A program made the position numbers and the translations under genes. Shown here one piece after another: positions 54,490-64,000 of a stretch of DNA of 64,000 nucleotides (positions are counted from its first letter, which is position 1; every line of letters begins with the position of its first letter). The stretch covers positions 2,480,001-2,544,000 of the forward strand of contig JANHCV010000002.1 of assembly GCA_025594325.1 (NCBI GenBank), written 5' to 3'. Source of the stretch: Blastocladiella emersonii ATCC 22665. Lineage: Eukaryota > Fungi > Blastocladiomycota. The notes below the pieces were generated by a model. It saw only the letters and a list, made by a program, of their open reading frames with translations, was not told the origin of the DNA and ran no database searches.

Positions 54490-57217
54490 TTAGACGACAA
54501 TCGACTTGTGCACGGCGTCGACGGCAAACACCTGCGTGTTGTTACCAAAGTGCGTGAGCGCGCGGCGGAGCAGGTAGTTGCGGGCGCCCATGTACTTGGT
54601 CATGGCGGCGGCGTGGATCGTGACGGGGGTCGCGTCGGCGGTCGTGAACGAGAAGTCGCACGCGGACGCCGGGTACGTCTCCTTGTCAGCGAGCTCGGCG
54701 TCGGTCCACGCGACGGCGCCGTGGCCGGCCGACGACTGGCGGATCAGGTACTGGCCGGACCGCGCGTGGCGGGCCATGGGCGCCGACGACGCCACCACGT
54801 CGGCGTCGAACCGGAACACGGTGGCGAGGTTGTGGGTGTTCATCTCGCACGGGATGGTGATGGTGCGGGACCCGTTAGTGTGGGTCACGGTCTTGATGCC
54901 GCGGACGCGCGGCGCGTACGCCTCGCCGAACTTGGCGCCCGAGACCACCGTCTCGTCGTCCTCGTGCACCCAGTACTTGCCGTCGAGGTGCGTCGTGTTC
55001 CAGTGCAGCGAGTGGGTGAGCTCCGAGATCGGGTACAGCGACTGGTGCGCCTCGAACAGCTCGGCGCGCGTCATGGCCTCCTCCTCGCGGACCGGGAACC
55101 CGCCGGCGAGCGCCGAGATGCCCTGCACCACGTCGCGCGGGTACGGCGCCGAGTCTCCCTTGATCAGGTGCAGGTTCGACGTCTGCGTGTCCATGTCGAA
55201 CGAGTGCAGCAGGACCATGCGCTTGGGCGCCGCCACCGTGTACCGCGGCGACGTGGCCGCGAAGTTGGCCCACATGACCATGCCGATCACGGCGAACACG
55301 CGGCCCCACCGGCGCACCGCCTTGTGCGAGAGCGCGTGGAACGTCGGCAGCAGCGGGAGCAGGATCAGCGTCGTGGCGAGCCACACGATACCGGCGACGA
55401 TCAGCTCGGCGGGGATGTACGGCCCCATGCGGCCGGCGAGCGGGACGAAGGTGTTGATGGTGCCGATCATCATGGGCTGGACGACGAGGATCGGGAGCGT
55501 CATGGCGACGTGGTAGAAGAGCGTCGACGGCGCGAACAGCGCGGCCAGGTAGCTGATCACGTAGATGGCGAACACGAACGACGTCTGCAGGCCGAGCGCC
55601 ATGGACGCGACCATGAGCAGCGTGGTGAAGGCGAGGTACCCCTTGCGCGCGATCGACTGGCGGTCCGACGCCGCCGCGGCCGCGGCAGCCTTGTTGGCAT
55701 CGACCTCGTCGTCGTCCTCGGCCGCGGCCAGCTCGGCGGCCGTCGGCTCGGGCCCCTTGCCCATGAGGTGGCCCTGGATCAGGCCGTACACGGCGGGCGC
55801 GCCGTACAGCACGCTGGCGAACGACGGCTCGGCGAACCACAGCATCTTGTAGTCGGTGGTCATGATGGACAGCGCCACGCCGATCGGGAAGAAGGCGCCG
55901 ACGCCGATGGTGCGCAGCACGTCGACGAGGCCTGAGACCACGGTGCGCGCCGCCGTGGTGCGGTACAGGTACGCGATGGCGGCGATGGCGATCAGGATCT
56001 GGGCGTTGGTGGCGACCTTGGCGGGGAGGAGCACGAAGAAGAGCCCGTTGAAGTCGAAATAGGTGTGGTCGCCATCGTCCTCGACGTTGTCCAGGTTTGC
56101 CGAGAACGCGATGTGGGCGATAATATCAAGCGAATTCGCCCCCATGTGCTGAATCACGCCGGCGGGGATGACGTCCTCGCGGTCGAGCTTGGTGTGGTAG
56201 AGGTACGAGTGCTGGTAGATGGCCATGTCGAGGCCGCCCTTGAGCTTGCCGTGGTCCATGAACTGCTTGTAGTCGGTGTCGGAGATGAGCAGGCCCGACT
56301 TGAACAGGTCGTTGGCCATGGAGGACCCGTGCGGGTGCGAGACGTGCGAGTAGGCCTCGGTCATGAGGGCCGACTTGGACTGGAATAGGATCGACTTACC
56401 ACTAACGCCCGCCGCTTCGAGGTTGACGACGGCCACCACGTCCTTGAACCACGGGTGCGTGGTCATGAACAGGTGCGACGCGTCCTGGAACGTCTCCTCG
56501 GCGCCGTTGAACAGGAACACGACCGAGTTGCGCAGCGGGCGCGTCGCCGTCGACAGCATGCGGATCGCGTCGATCATGATGGCCACGGGCGTCGCCGCGT
56601 CGGCGGCACCGTTGGACCCGAGCATCGTGTCGAAGTGCGTGTTGACGAGCAGCGCCTTGTCCGACGCGCACTCGTCCGTGCAGGTGAAGCGGACGGCGAT
56701 GTTGGTCACGTTGTGGTACGTTTTCACGATAGGCACGTTGATTATCTCGAAGAGATGCTGGCCTGACCCGCTTTTCGTCGAAATCTCGAACGGGTGCGAC
56801 ACCTTGGGAGCGTCGCGCAGCTTCTCGAGCTCGGCCGTGATGTAGTGGATCGAGCGGTCCTCGCCGAGGGTGCCGACCTCGCCTACGGTTCGGACGAAGC
56901 GTCAGCGATCAGCGGCGTGCCGGACAGCCCAACAGAGAGCAGAAACACGTACGCTGGCCAATGTCCTGCGACAGCACGCGGATGTGCTGGCGGGCGCGGG
57001 CCTCGGAGAAGCGGTTGACGTTGTAGGCGGGGACCGGGTCGGGCAGGGCGTAGTAGCGCGACGTGACGAAAGTGGTGATGGCGAAGAACCACACGACGAG
57101 CGACACGCCGACCTTGAGCGGCGACCACTTGCTCGGGTACAGCGAGTTGAGCGTGTCCTTGACCTCGCGCTTGGTGTCGCGCCAGTCCTCATCGAGGGAC
57201 TTCCATTGCAAGTTCAT
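54490..57217 (-). CDS. M28 family multi-pass membrane metallopeptidase (ERMP1/Pff1-like)
   Basis: Two exons. Motifs FSEARARQH, LLVNTHFDT, GAADA, FLFNGAEE, VVNLEAAG, ISDTDY and YLYHTKLD, followed by several TM helices. Confidence 0.9.
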
Positions 57218-57815
57218 GGTGGGCGGCAGCGACTCGGGGAGGTTCGTTGGTGGATGTATGCAGAGGGAAGGGCTGGTTGGGGAGAGCGAGCAGCGTGCGG
57301 GGGGCGGGAGCTACTTGTACGCTTGCTGCTCGGGATTTGGGCGCAGTGGGCGCAGTGGGCGGCGGGCGCACAAGGGAACGCCCTGCCGCAGGTGGCAGGT
57401 GGCCCGCGTGGGTCAGCAGGGCCGCAGATCACACACGCCCGGTCATGCGTTTTGCGGCCGAACCGCCGGCGCCACAAGCCCGCGACGCCCAATCGCGTGC
57501 TTCCACGTGGCGGGCGCGGCGCGTCTCGCACGCTGTCTCGCACCTCGCCGTGGCCGCGGTTTCAAGGCCCTCATCACCACGTCGGCCTTGCTGCGCTGGC
57601 GCACCGACACCGACGCGCCGCTTCGTGCTTTCAACGCTGGAGCGGCTTCCACCTTGCGCTTCGCTGAAACGGGCCACGCCACGCTGGTGTCAGGCGGCGT
57701 AGTCCAGGGCCGACTGAAGGATCGAGGGGAGAGGCTTCAAGGTAAACCAGGCGTAGACTTAGGCTTGGACTAAGACGGATAGATGAAAGCAAAGTCTATG
57801 TATTCTATCAAACGA

Positions 57816-60190
57816 TCAGGTACGAGCCCGCTTCGCGGGGCGAGATTCGAGCGTGACGCCGTGCAGAGCCACATTCTGCTGCACACCCTGCACCTCGGGC
57901 ATGCCAGCAAGGTTGCCTAGCTCAGCGAGACCTTGCGCGCCAGCCTGGACTGCGAGCTGATGAGACAGCCGATCCCTGGCGCAAGACAACAGCGCGCGGC
58001 ACTGGACCTCGGCCTGCTTGAGCAGCGCCGTGCACTCCTCGACGTGGCCGCGCTCCTTGTCGACAAACGCCGCATCGATCACGACGTTGACGGCCGCCCA
58101 GTCCCCGCGAATCGCGCTCGCGCCGGGCACCTTGCCCTGCTCGATCAGCCGGAGCATCTGCGCGGCCGACTTCCGGACCGCCAACATGAGCGCCTGGAGC
58201 GGCTCGGACAGCGGGAACCGCCGGATCGGCGTGCCGGGCTCGACGCCGGCCCAGCGCGCGAACGACGCGTCGGGGACGACCTCGGGGCTGATGGACTCGG
58301 CCAGGCGAGCGGTCAGCCGCTTGTTGTCCGCCATGTAGCGCGCGGCATCGCGCTCCTTTGCGCAGAATTCGGCCCGCGCCTGCTCCAGGTCCTTGCGAAT
58401 GGCATCGCGGATCGCGACGATGTCCGAAAGCTTCTTGCCCTGCAAACGAAACTCCTCGCGCACCTGGCAGAGCTCGCCGTGCAGGTCCTCGATGCGTGTG
58501 TCCCGAGCGAGGGCGGCCGATTTGGCGTCCTTGAGCTGCTCGGCGAGGTCGGCCGTTGACCGTTCAGCAGCAACTGCGCGAGAAGTGAGCTCGTCGATCC
58601 GCACTCCAAACTTGGCGGCCTGCGCGGCGAGGGCCGCCTCGTGCGCTTCGTTAGCGGTGGCGAGCTCGGCGGCATGGGCGGCGGTTGCGCGTTCAGTCGC
58701 AGCAGCGGCACGAGAAGTGTGGTCGTCGATCTGCGTTTCGAAAACCGCGGCCTGGGCGGCAAGCGCCGCATCGTGCGACTCCTTGGCGGCGGCAAGCTCG
58801 GTGGTGAGGTCGGCCGTCGCGCGTTCAGCAGCAGCAGCCGCGCGGGAAGTAAGGTCGTTGATCCGCGCTCCGAAATCCGTGGCCTGGGCAGCAAGCGCCG
58901 CGTCGTGGGTCTCCTTCGCGGCAGAAAGCTGGGCGGTGAGGTCGGCCGTCGTGCTCTCCGCAGCCACTGCGCGGGACGAGAGGTCGTCGATCTGCGCCCC
59001 GAGGTCAGCGGCTTGGGCAGCGAGCGCCGCGTCGTGCGCCGTGGCGGCGGCAGCAAGTTCGGCAGCAGCCGCAGCGGCCCGGGACTCGGCCGAAGCAAGC
59101 TGCTCCTGCGTTTCGCGGTGGGTTGCGTGCAGCGTGGTAAGCGTCGACCGGGTCTCCTCGAGTGCGGCATCGGCGAAAGCATGGCCCGTCATGCTCTCCT
59201 TGAGCTTTTGGGAGAGAATGGTGTTGCGCTCAAGTGCCTCGTTGAGCTGCGCGGTGAGGTTGGCGTTGCTGGCCTTGGAATCGGTAAGCTCGGCGGAAAG
59301 ACGGGGGCGGTCCTCGCGAGGCTCTTCGAGGGCAAGCCGAGTAGTGTCGTGAGCTGTGCGCTCCTGGGTGAGTGCCGATTCGGATTCGGCAAGCTTGACG
59401 TTGACGGAAGCGAGTTCATCCTTGGTCGAACTGAGCTGCTGCGAGAGCCGAGCTACCTCAGCGCGGGCCTCCGTGAGCTGCGTGTGGAGCGACGCGTTGC
59501 TGGCTTCGGATGCGGAGAGGAGTTTGGAACCTTGGTTGTGGTCAGCGTGGACCTGCTCAAGAGCGCGTCGAGCCGTGCCAAGGCAGTCCTCGGCCGTGGC
59601 CAGCTTGTCCCTGGTTTCGGCGAGCTCACGCTCAAGCGAGATACCGGCGGCATCAGCGGTCTCGAGCTGGCCCTGAGCCTTGTTGAGATCCGCCATGAGC
59701 TGTGCGACGCGGGCCTCGGACGCCTCGCGGAAGTTGACGGCGTCCGTGTGTTGGGTGTATGCAGCCCGCTCAAGCTCCTGCACCCGCTGCTGCTCGCTGG
59801 TCAGTTGGCACGAAGCAGGTCGCGCTCAGCACAAGCTTTGCGCAATTCGCGCCCCTGATGTGCGCTAAGCTCGCGAAGGTCGGCGACTACGAGGCTCAGT
59901 TCCTGCAAGCTGGGCGTCGGCCGACGGCCCGCATCCGAAAGGGGCTGCAGCGGTGCGGGCGGCCGCGCGTGGACAGAAGGCGAGACGGCGACCGCGTTAT
60001 AGACGACGTAGGGCCGGAGATGCGTGCCAACATTGAGAACTGGATGAAGGAATGCGGGGGAGCCGCTTGGGTGCTGAGCTTCGCCGTCATGGCCAAGCGT
60101 GGTTGCTGCGGCCCGGATTTCGGGAAGATGAGGCGCTGCAGCGGCCTCAAGTACGGGCCGCTGCAGCAAGTTGCCGGCGGGTGCATCCAT
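57816..60190 (-). CDS. Long Ala/Glu-rich coiled-coil protein with internal repeats and a C-terminal NLS-like motif; apparent 1-nt frameshift near 59803
   Basis: The main ORF 59783-57816 is a heptad-rich coil ending RPAKRART. The upstream ORF ends ...ERDLLRAN-TGA and joins LTSEQQRVQELE if one C is restored. The true start is unknown. Confidence 0.55.
58521..59036 (-). repeat. Four tandem coding repeats of 43-44 aa (about 129-132 nt)
   Basis: Four units of the form H[DE]AALAAQA..[FL]...I.[DE].[ST]SRA...E..TA....[EQ]L. Confidence 0.9.
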
Positions 60191-60556
60191 TCGCTTCGTT
60201 GCTCGAGGGTCGGGCGGAGGGAGAGCAAAGTGTCAGGCCACGGCTAGTCTCGGGACCAGACGCTATGGCGCCGCCGTGTGGCGTGCCGCGTTTCACTAGG
60301 GCCGTTGCGGAATTCGGCCGTGGTCCGAAATTCGCGGCACGTGTCGCTAGCTGGCGCGTCCACGAGACGTGCGGCGCCGCTGACTTGCTGCAACGGCGGC
60401 GGCCTGCCGTCACACCCCGCTCATTTCAGCCGCGACCGCAACACGAGGCCTGGAAGTTCGGGCCTGGGGTTGTGCTGTCGCCCGGATCGCGCGAGCAGCG
60501 AGAAGGGTGGCAGGCCGCGGGCAAGCCCTCAAGCTGGCGGCGGCGACGCGTCGCGT

Positions 60557-60577
60557 CAGGGGTTCTTAGAACCCCTG
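60557..60577. repeat. Perfect 10-bp inverted repeat with a 1-nt spacer (CAGGGGTTCT-T-AGAACCCCTG)
   Basis: Directly visible in the intergenic region. Confidence 0.8.
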
Positions 60578-60863
60578 GCGGCTGGCCCCGAGACTAGGCC
60601 AAGGGTGGGGTTCTGCCATGGTAGCAGTAGCAGGGGTTTCCGCGATGGTAGACAATGGACTAAGGAGGCGGCGGCGCCACTCACGCGATGACTGATGGGC
60701 GACCTGATCTTCGCGTCGGGCCGCGTCTCAGGTTGCGTCATAGAGCATCCTTGCACCTCGCCTGACTTCCACTCATCCGCCATGAAAGTCTGATACAAAA
60801 ACTCTCCGCTTCGGACTGAAAACTGGGCACCTGAGAGAAAAGAGAGTGCATTCGCCCGCGCAA

Positions 60864-62630
60864 TCAGTTGAACGAGTCCATTTCCGCCGTCGCGCCGAGG
60901 AACGACCCGTGGAACCCGATGGGGACCGCGCTTGGGACCTCGGCGCGTGCCACCTCGGTAAACAACCGCGCGTCGAGCACCAGCAAGAAGCTCGTCCCGC
61001 GCTGCGTATCAAGGACGACGCTGAGCACAACACCGTCGTCCTCGTCCGTCGCGCCTGGCCGCGGCACGAACACGGGCTCGCCTGGATGCATACCCAGCGC
61101 GCTCCACTCGACCTGCTCGCACGCCACCGTGTCGACCTTGGCGAGCCCGACCATCCACCCTGCCGCCTTGCTCGACTGCAGCGCGTTGAGGAGCCCGTAC
61201 ACGAACCGTGTCGGCAGGCCCGCGCGGCCCGAGTGAAACCGCGGCAGCTCGAGCCCGCGCGCCGGCCCAATCTGCGTGTACCGTACGCCCGCCGAGGCAT
61301 CCTCGTCGCGCAGCGGGATCAAGTACCGGCGCAGCGTCGCGAGATCGCTCAGCGCGACTCGCCCGGCCTCGGCGGCGCTCACCGCGCTCGTCTCGCGCAG
61401 CGTCGGGCACATGGCGTCGACCATCATCCGGCGCACGATGCCTGGGTGGTCGTACCCGCACACCTCGAGCTCGATGGCTTCGGGCTCGTCGGCGTACCGC
61501 GACTCGACGTCCCATGCGTTGATCGTGTGGAACGCAAACAGCGGGTCCGCCGCGGGGAGCTGCCGCACGACGGCGCCGCTCGCGCGATCGATGACGAGGA
61601 ACGTGGCGCGGCGCTTCGGGTCCCACTCGAGGGCGTCGAAGAGACTCGGCGCGAGCAGCGCCTTGGCGCCGAACCACCCGAGGTAGTACGGCTGCACGAT
61701 GAACACGAGGTGCCGCTTCGTCATGGAGAACGAGTGCATGTAGCTCGCGTATTCGAGCGGGACCGTCGCGAGCACGCGCCCGCCCATCGGGAGGTCGGGC
61801 CGCAAGTGGAACACGCACAGCGTCGGCGCCGTGCCCGCCGGGTCGACGAGAAACTGGTACACGTCGCCCGTCACGGGGTCCTCCTGGTGGTGCGCCGCCG
61901 ACAGCTCGCCGCGCAGACCCGGGTGCAGGTCCGTGTAGCTGAAGCGCGACGCGGGCATGGCCGCCGGCCTGCCGTCGTCGGCCGTGACGGGGTCGAGGGT
62001 GACAGGATCGAGCAGCTGCAGCACGCGGTAGTCGGTCTTGGCCGCGAGGTACGGCCGGTCAGGGCGGAACCCGCCCGGCTGCCCGTGGGACGGTGGGAGC
62101 GCTGCAGTCGGCGGAACGAGCGTGCGCGTCGGGGTCACCGTCACGTTGACGACCGTGTCCGTCGTCGGCAGAAGCTCGGCGCCGTACGCGGCGACGGGGA
62201 GGAACGTCGACGTGATGCGCTTGAACAGCGACTTGCACGGATCCGCCGGGCCTACTCGCTTTCTATCAGCATTTGCACCCATCATAGGAAATGAAAGAAT
62301 AAGTAGCATACCAAAGCCGGAGAACGAGCCCTGAGCGGCAACCTTGGCCTCAATGTCGCTCGACGTGCGGCGGTTGCGGTACCACACCTTCCCGTCGGCC
62401 GTGATCTCGAAGCGGTGCACCATGCTGAACCCGTCAAACCAATGTCGGATCTGCACGTCGCCCGCGTCGAATGTGACGGGACCCATGCGGTACAGCGCGC
62501 CGGCGAGCCATGACGGGAGGCCTGTCGTGCCCGACTTTGCGGCGACGGGGAGCTTAATGGGCTCGCGCTGCTCGGGAACCGAGACGAACCCGGCGCGCAG
62601 GCCAGTCGTTGGTGCTACTTTCGTTGGCAT
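60864..62630 (-). CDS. Carotenoid cleavage oxygenase (RPE65/BCO/CCD superfamily)
   Basis: One 60-nt intron (62311-62252). Motifs LPSWLAGALYRMGP, RHWFDGFSMVHRF and FG.ADPCKSLF. The four Fe-ligand His are in SAAHH, YMHSF, FHTINAW and IGFHGSF; also LELPRF and PGEPVFVPRPGATDEDDGVVLSVV. Confidence 0.93.
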   Translation of the reverse strand: MPTKVAPTTGLRAGFVSVPEQREPIKLPVAAKSGTTGLPSWLAGALYRMGPVTFDAGDVQIRHWFDGFSMVHRFEITADGKVWYRNRRTSSDIEAKVAAQGSFSGFGMLLILSFPMMGANADRKRVGPADPCKSLFKRITSTFLPVAAYGAELLPTTDTVVNVTVTPTRTLVPPTAALPPSHGQPGGFRPDRPYLAAKTDYRVLQLLDPVTLDPVTADDGRPAAMPASRFSYTDLHPGLRGELSAAHHQEDPVTGDVYQFLVDPAGTAPTLCVFHLRPDLPMGGRVLATVPLEYASYMHSFSMTKRHLVFIVQPYYLGWFGAKALLAPSLFDALEWDPKRRATFLVIDRASGAVVRQLPAADPLFAFHTINAWDVESRYADEPEAIELEVCGYDHPGIVRRMMVDAMCPTLRETSAVSAAEAGRVALSDLATLRRYLIPLRDEDASAGVRYTQIGPARGLELPRFHSGRAGLPTRFVYGLLNALQSSKAAGWMVGLAKVDTVACEQVEWSALGMHPGEPVFVPRPGATDEDDGVVLSVVLDTQRGTSFLLVLDARLFTEVARAEVPSAVPIGFHGSFLGATAEMDSFN

Positions 62631-64000
62631 TGTGATCTGACCCAAGTCGCTCAGATTGCGGCGTTGGTGCGTGGCAAGGGAGATGCGACGGATCCAGGCA
62701 GTTGATATCGTTCCCAGGAGCCAATTCATTGCATCAAGTGCGAGAGCTGGGCATCGAGCTCCGCGTTGTCCCCGCGGTCTCGCCCAGGGAGCGCGCCAGG
62801 AGTGCTCCACGACGCGTCGCGCCACACTCGCTGGCCAGCGAGCGGGCTGGAGATCACCCGCGCCGGTTAACGGTGGAATGGATTTCTCGTTTTTGGCACC
62901 ACGTCGGGTCAGCGGTGGACGCGAGGTTTATCACCGCGTGAGGCGCCGCCCGCTTTCCCACTGCCGACCACCACGAAGCGAATGGAAGCACAGTCTAGAC
63001 CACGACGTACAACTTGATGCAACGGGTGTTTACCGCTGATTTGAACGAGCCTTGGGCGCCACGAGTGAGTCTTCGAGTACGCGACGCCACTGCAGTCAAC
63101 CGTACGCCGCCGCGGGGTTGCTTACGGCCGCCTCCACCTCGCAGGAAGCGGATCGGTTGCCTGAATCCTAAACGAAAGATGCAGGTTGAGCCGGATGACT
63201 TTGATAAATACGAGGCGTGCCGAGCGACGCTGTGGGCCGATCGGGAGAGCCTCGCGTTTTTCAACCGTTGACGCTGCTGTATGTGCTCCTCCGCTTCAAC
63301 TGTCCGAGTGACAGGAGACGCTGATGACCCACGCGTTTGGCGGGTAGGACCCGAGCGGCTCACACGATGTGCACGGCAAGCAAAGCCACACAGGATGCGA
63401 CAGGCAACCGAACAGCTTTCGATTGCCTGCATGTTCTCCTGTCGCCCTCGCTGATGTCGACCTGATCTGTACACCGCGTATGCGGCTTTACGCCCGTCCT
63501 GTTAACGAGCTTTCCTAGTGGAGGGTCTCCGCGTCGCACAAGACAAGCAACAATGTGCGTGTGCTCGTGGGTTTCTGCGCGACACAGAGTGTTACACAAT
63601 TGCGTTACCGAGAAGAAACGCTTTGGCTGCAGCTCAACTCTCACCCACCTTCCTGCACCGCGCTGTGTAGGCCGCACTCGCTCGGGCGCCGTGAAATGAC
63701 CGCGTCGCCCGCGCGAGTGCGGCCCTCTGTACAATCTCATGGTCGCAGCGCGGTGCACGCTGGTTGCGGTGGGAGCTTTGGGCGCGGGGCGGCGTTTGTC
63801 GATTGCGTGCTCCTACCATGATTTGGAATATAGAAAGCAGGGTACTCGGAGCGGTACTCGAGGAGATCGGTGCGCGCGTCTGCAGCAGCAGCCAAAGACG
63901 CGTCGCGCCACTCACGTTCTGCTTCCTCGCACGAATTTCGAGAAACTCGCCGCGAAAACAACTCAACAACTCACTACATAAGGTTCAAAACTACATCTCA

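Noticed and set aside
60557-60577. Heat-shock element
   Set aside because: The TTC-to-GAA spacing is 3 nt, not the canonical 2.
18317-62311. Several stop-free introns with lengths divisible by 3 (18317-18379, 26766-26825, 34214-34276, 42603-42665, 62252-62311) as regulated intron retention
   Set aside because: Short introns in a very GC-rich genome often lack stops, and a third are 3n by chance. There is no evidence of excess.
1-64000. CRISPR arrays, rRNA genes, intact transposons, telomeric repeats
   Set aside because: I saw no repeat-spacer arrays, rRNA signatures, transposase/RT/integrase motifs or telomere repeats by eye.

Overview
This is a gene-dense, very GC-rich eukaryotic window. 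Most introns are short (about 55-75 nt), with GT(A/G)CG-type donors, CTGAC/CTAAC/CTCAC branch sites and YAG acceptors. The gene set includes RPA12, SAP30, SFP1-like, TCD, APE2, GPI16, PEX12, QCR7, Ssk1-like regulators, a CHASE-domain kinase, DNAJC11 and a SNAPC5-like gene. This points to an early-diverging, probably zoosporic fungus (Blastocladiomycota/chytrid-like; this is inference). About 26 genes or gene remnants can be reconstructed by hand-splicing. Most long ORFs in the supplied track are antisense or off-frame shadows of GC-rich genes. Housekeeping blocks (1-25.9 kb and 43.9-57.2 kb) flank a visibly more divergent signalling-rich stretch at 26.4-43.7 kb, directly downstream of a slicer-type Argonaute. 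That stretch holds a CHASE-PAS histidine-kinase-like receptor with eroded kinase and receiver domains, a two-repeat protein, and a tandem pair of orphan 7TM receptors, one with a nonsense codon. It also holds two Ssk1/Mcs4-like response regulators whose phospho-acceptor Asp is Ser, flanking an HMG-box factor. An identical 15-mer lies upstream of three genes in this block. The best candidate for an undescribed system is this apparently phosphorylation-independent 'pseudo-phosphorelay' cluster. Other notable items are a GT4-GT2 pseudo-glycosyltransferase with an EGF-like module, a RAD51C-like gene with a Walker A K-to-T change, and a tRNA-Ser-like half gene in a bidirectional promoter. The window also has a frameshifted coiled-coil gene with 43-44 aa repeats and an intact carotenoid cleavage oxygenase. 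All family calls come from recalled motifs; no database searches were run.
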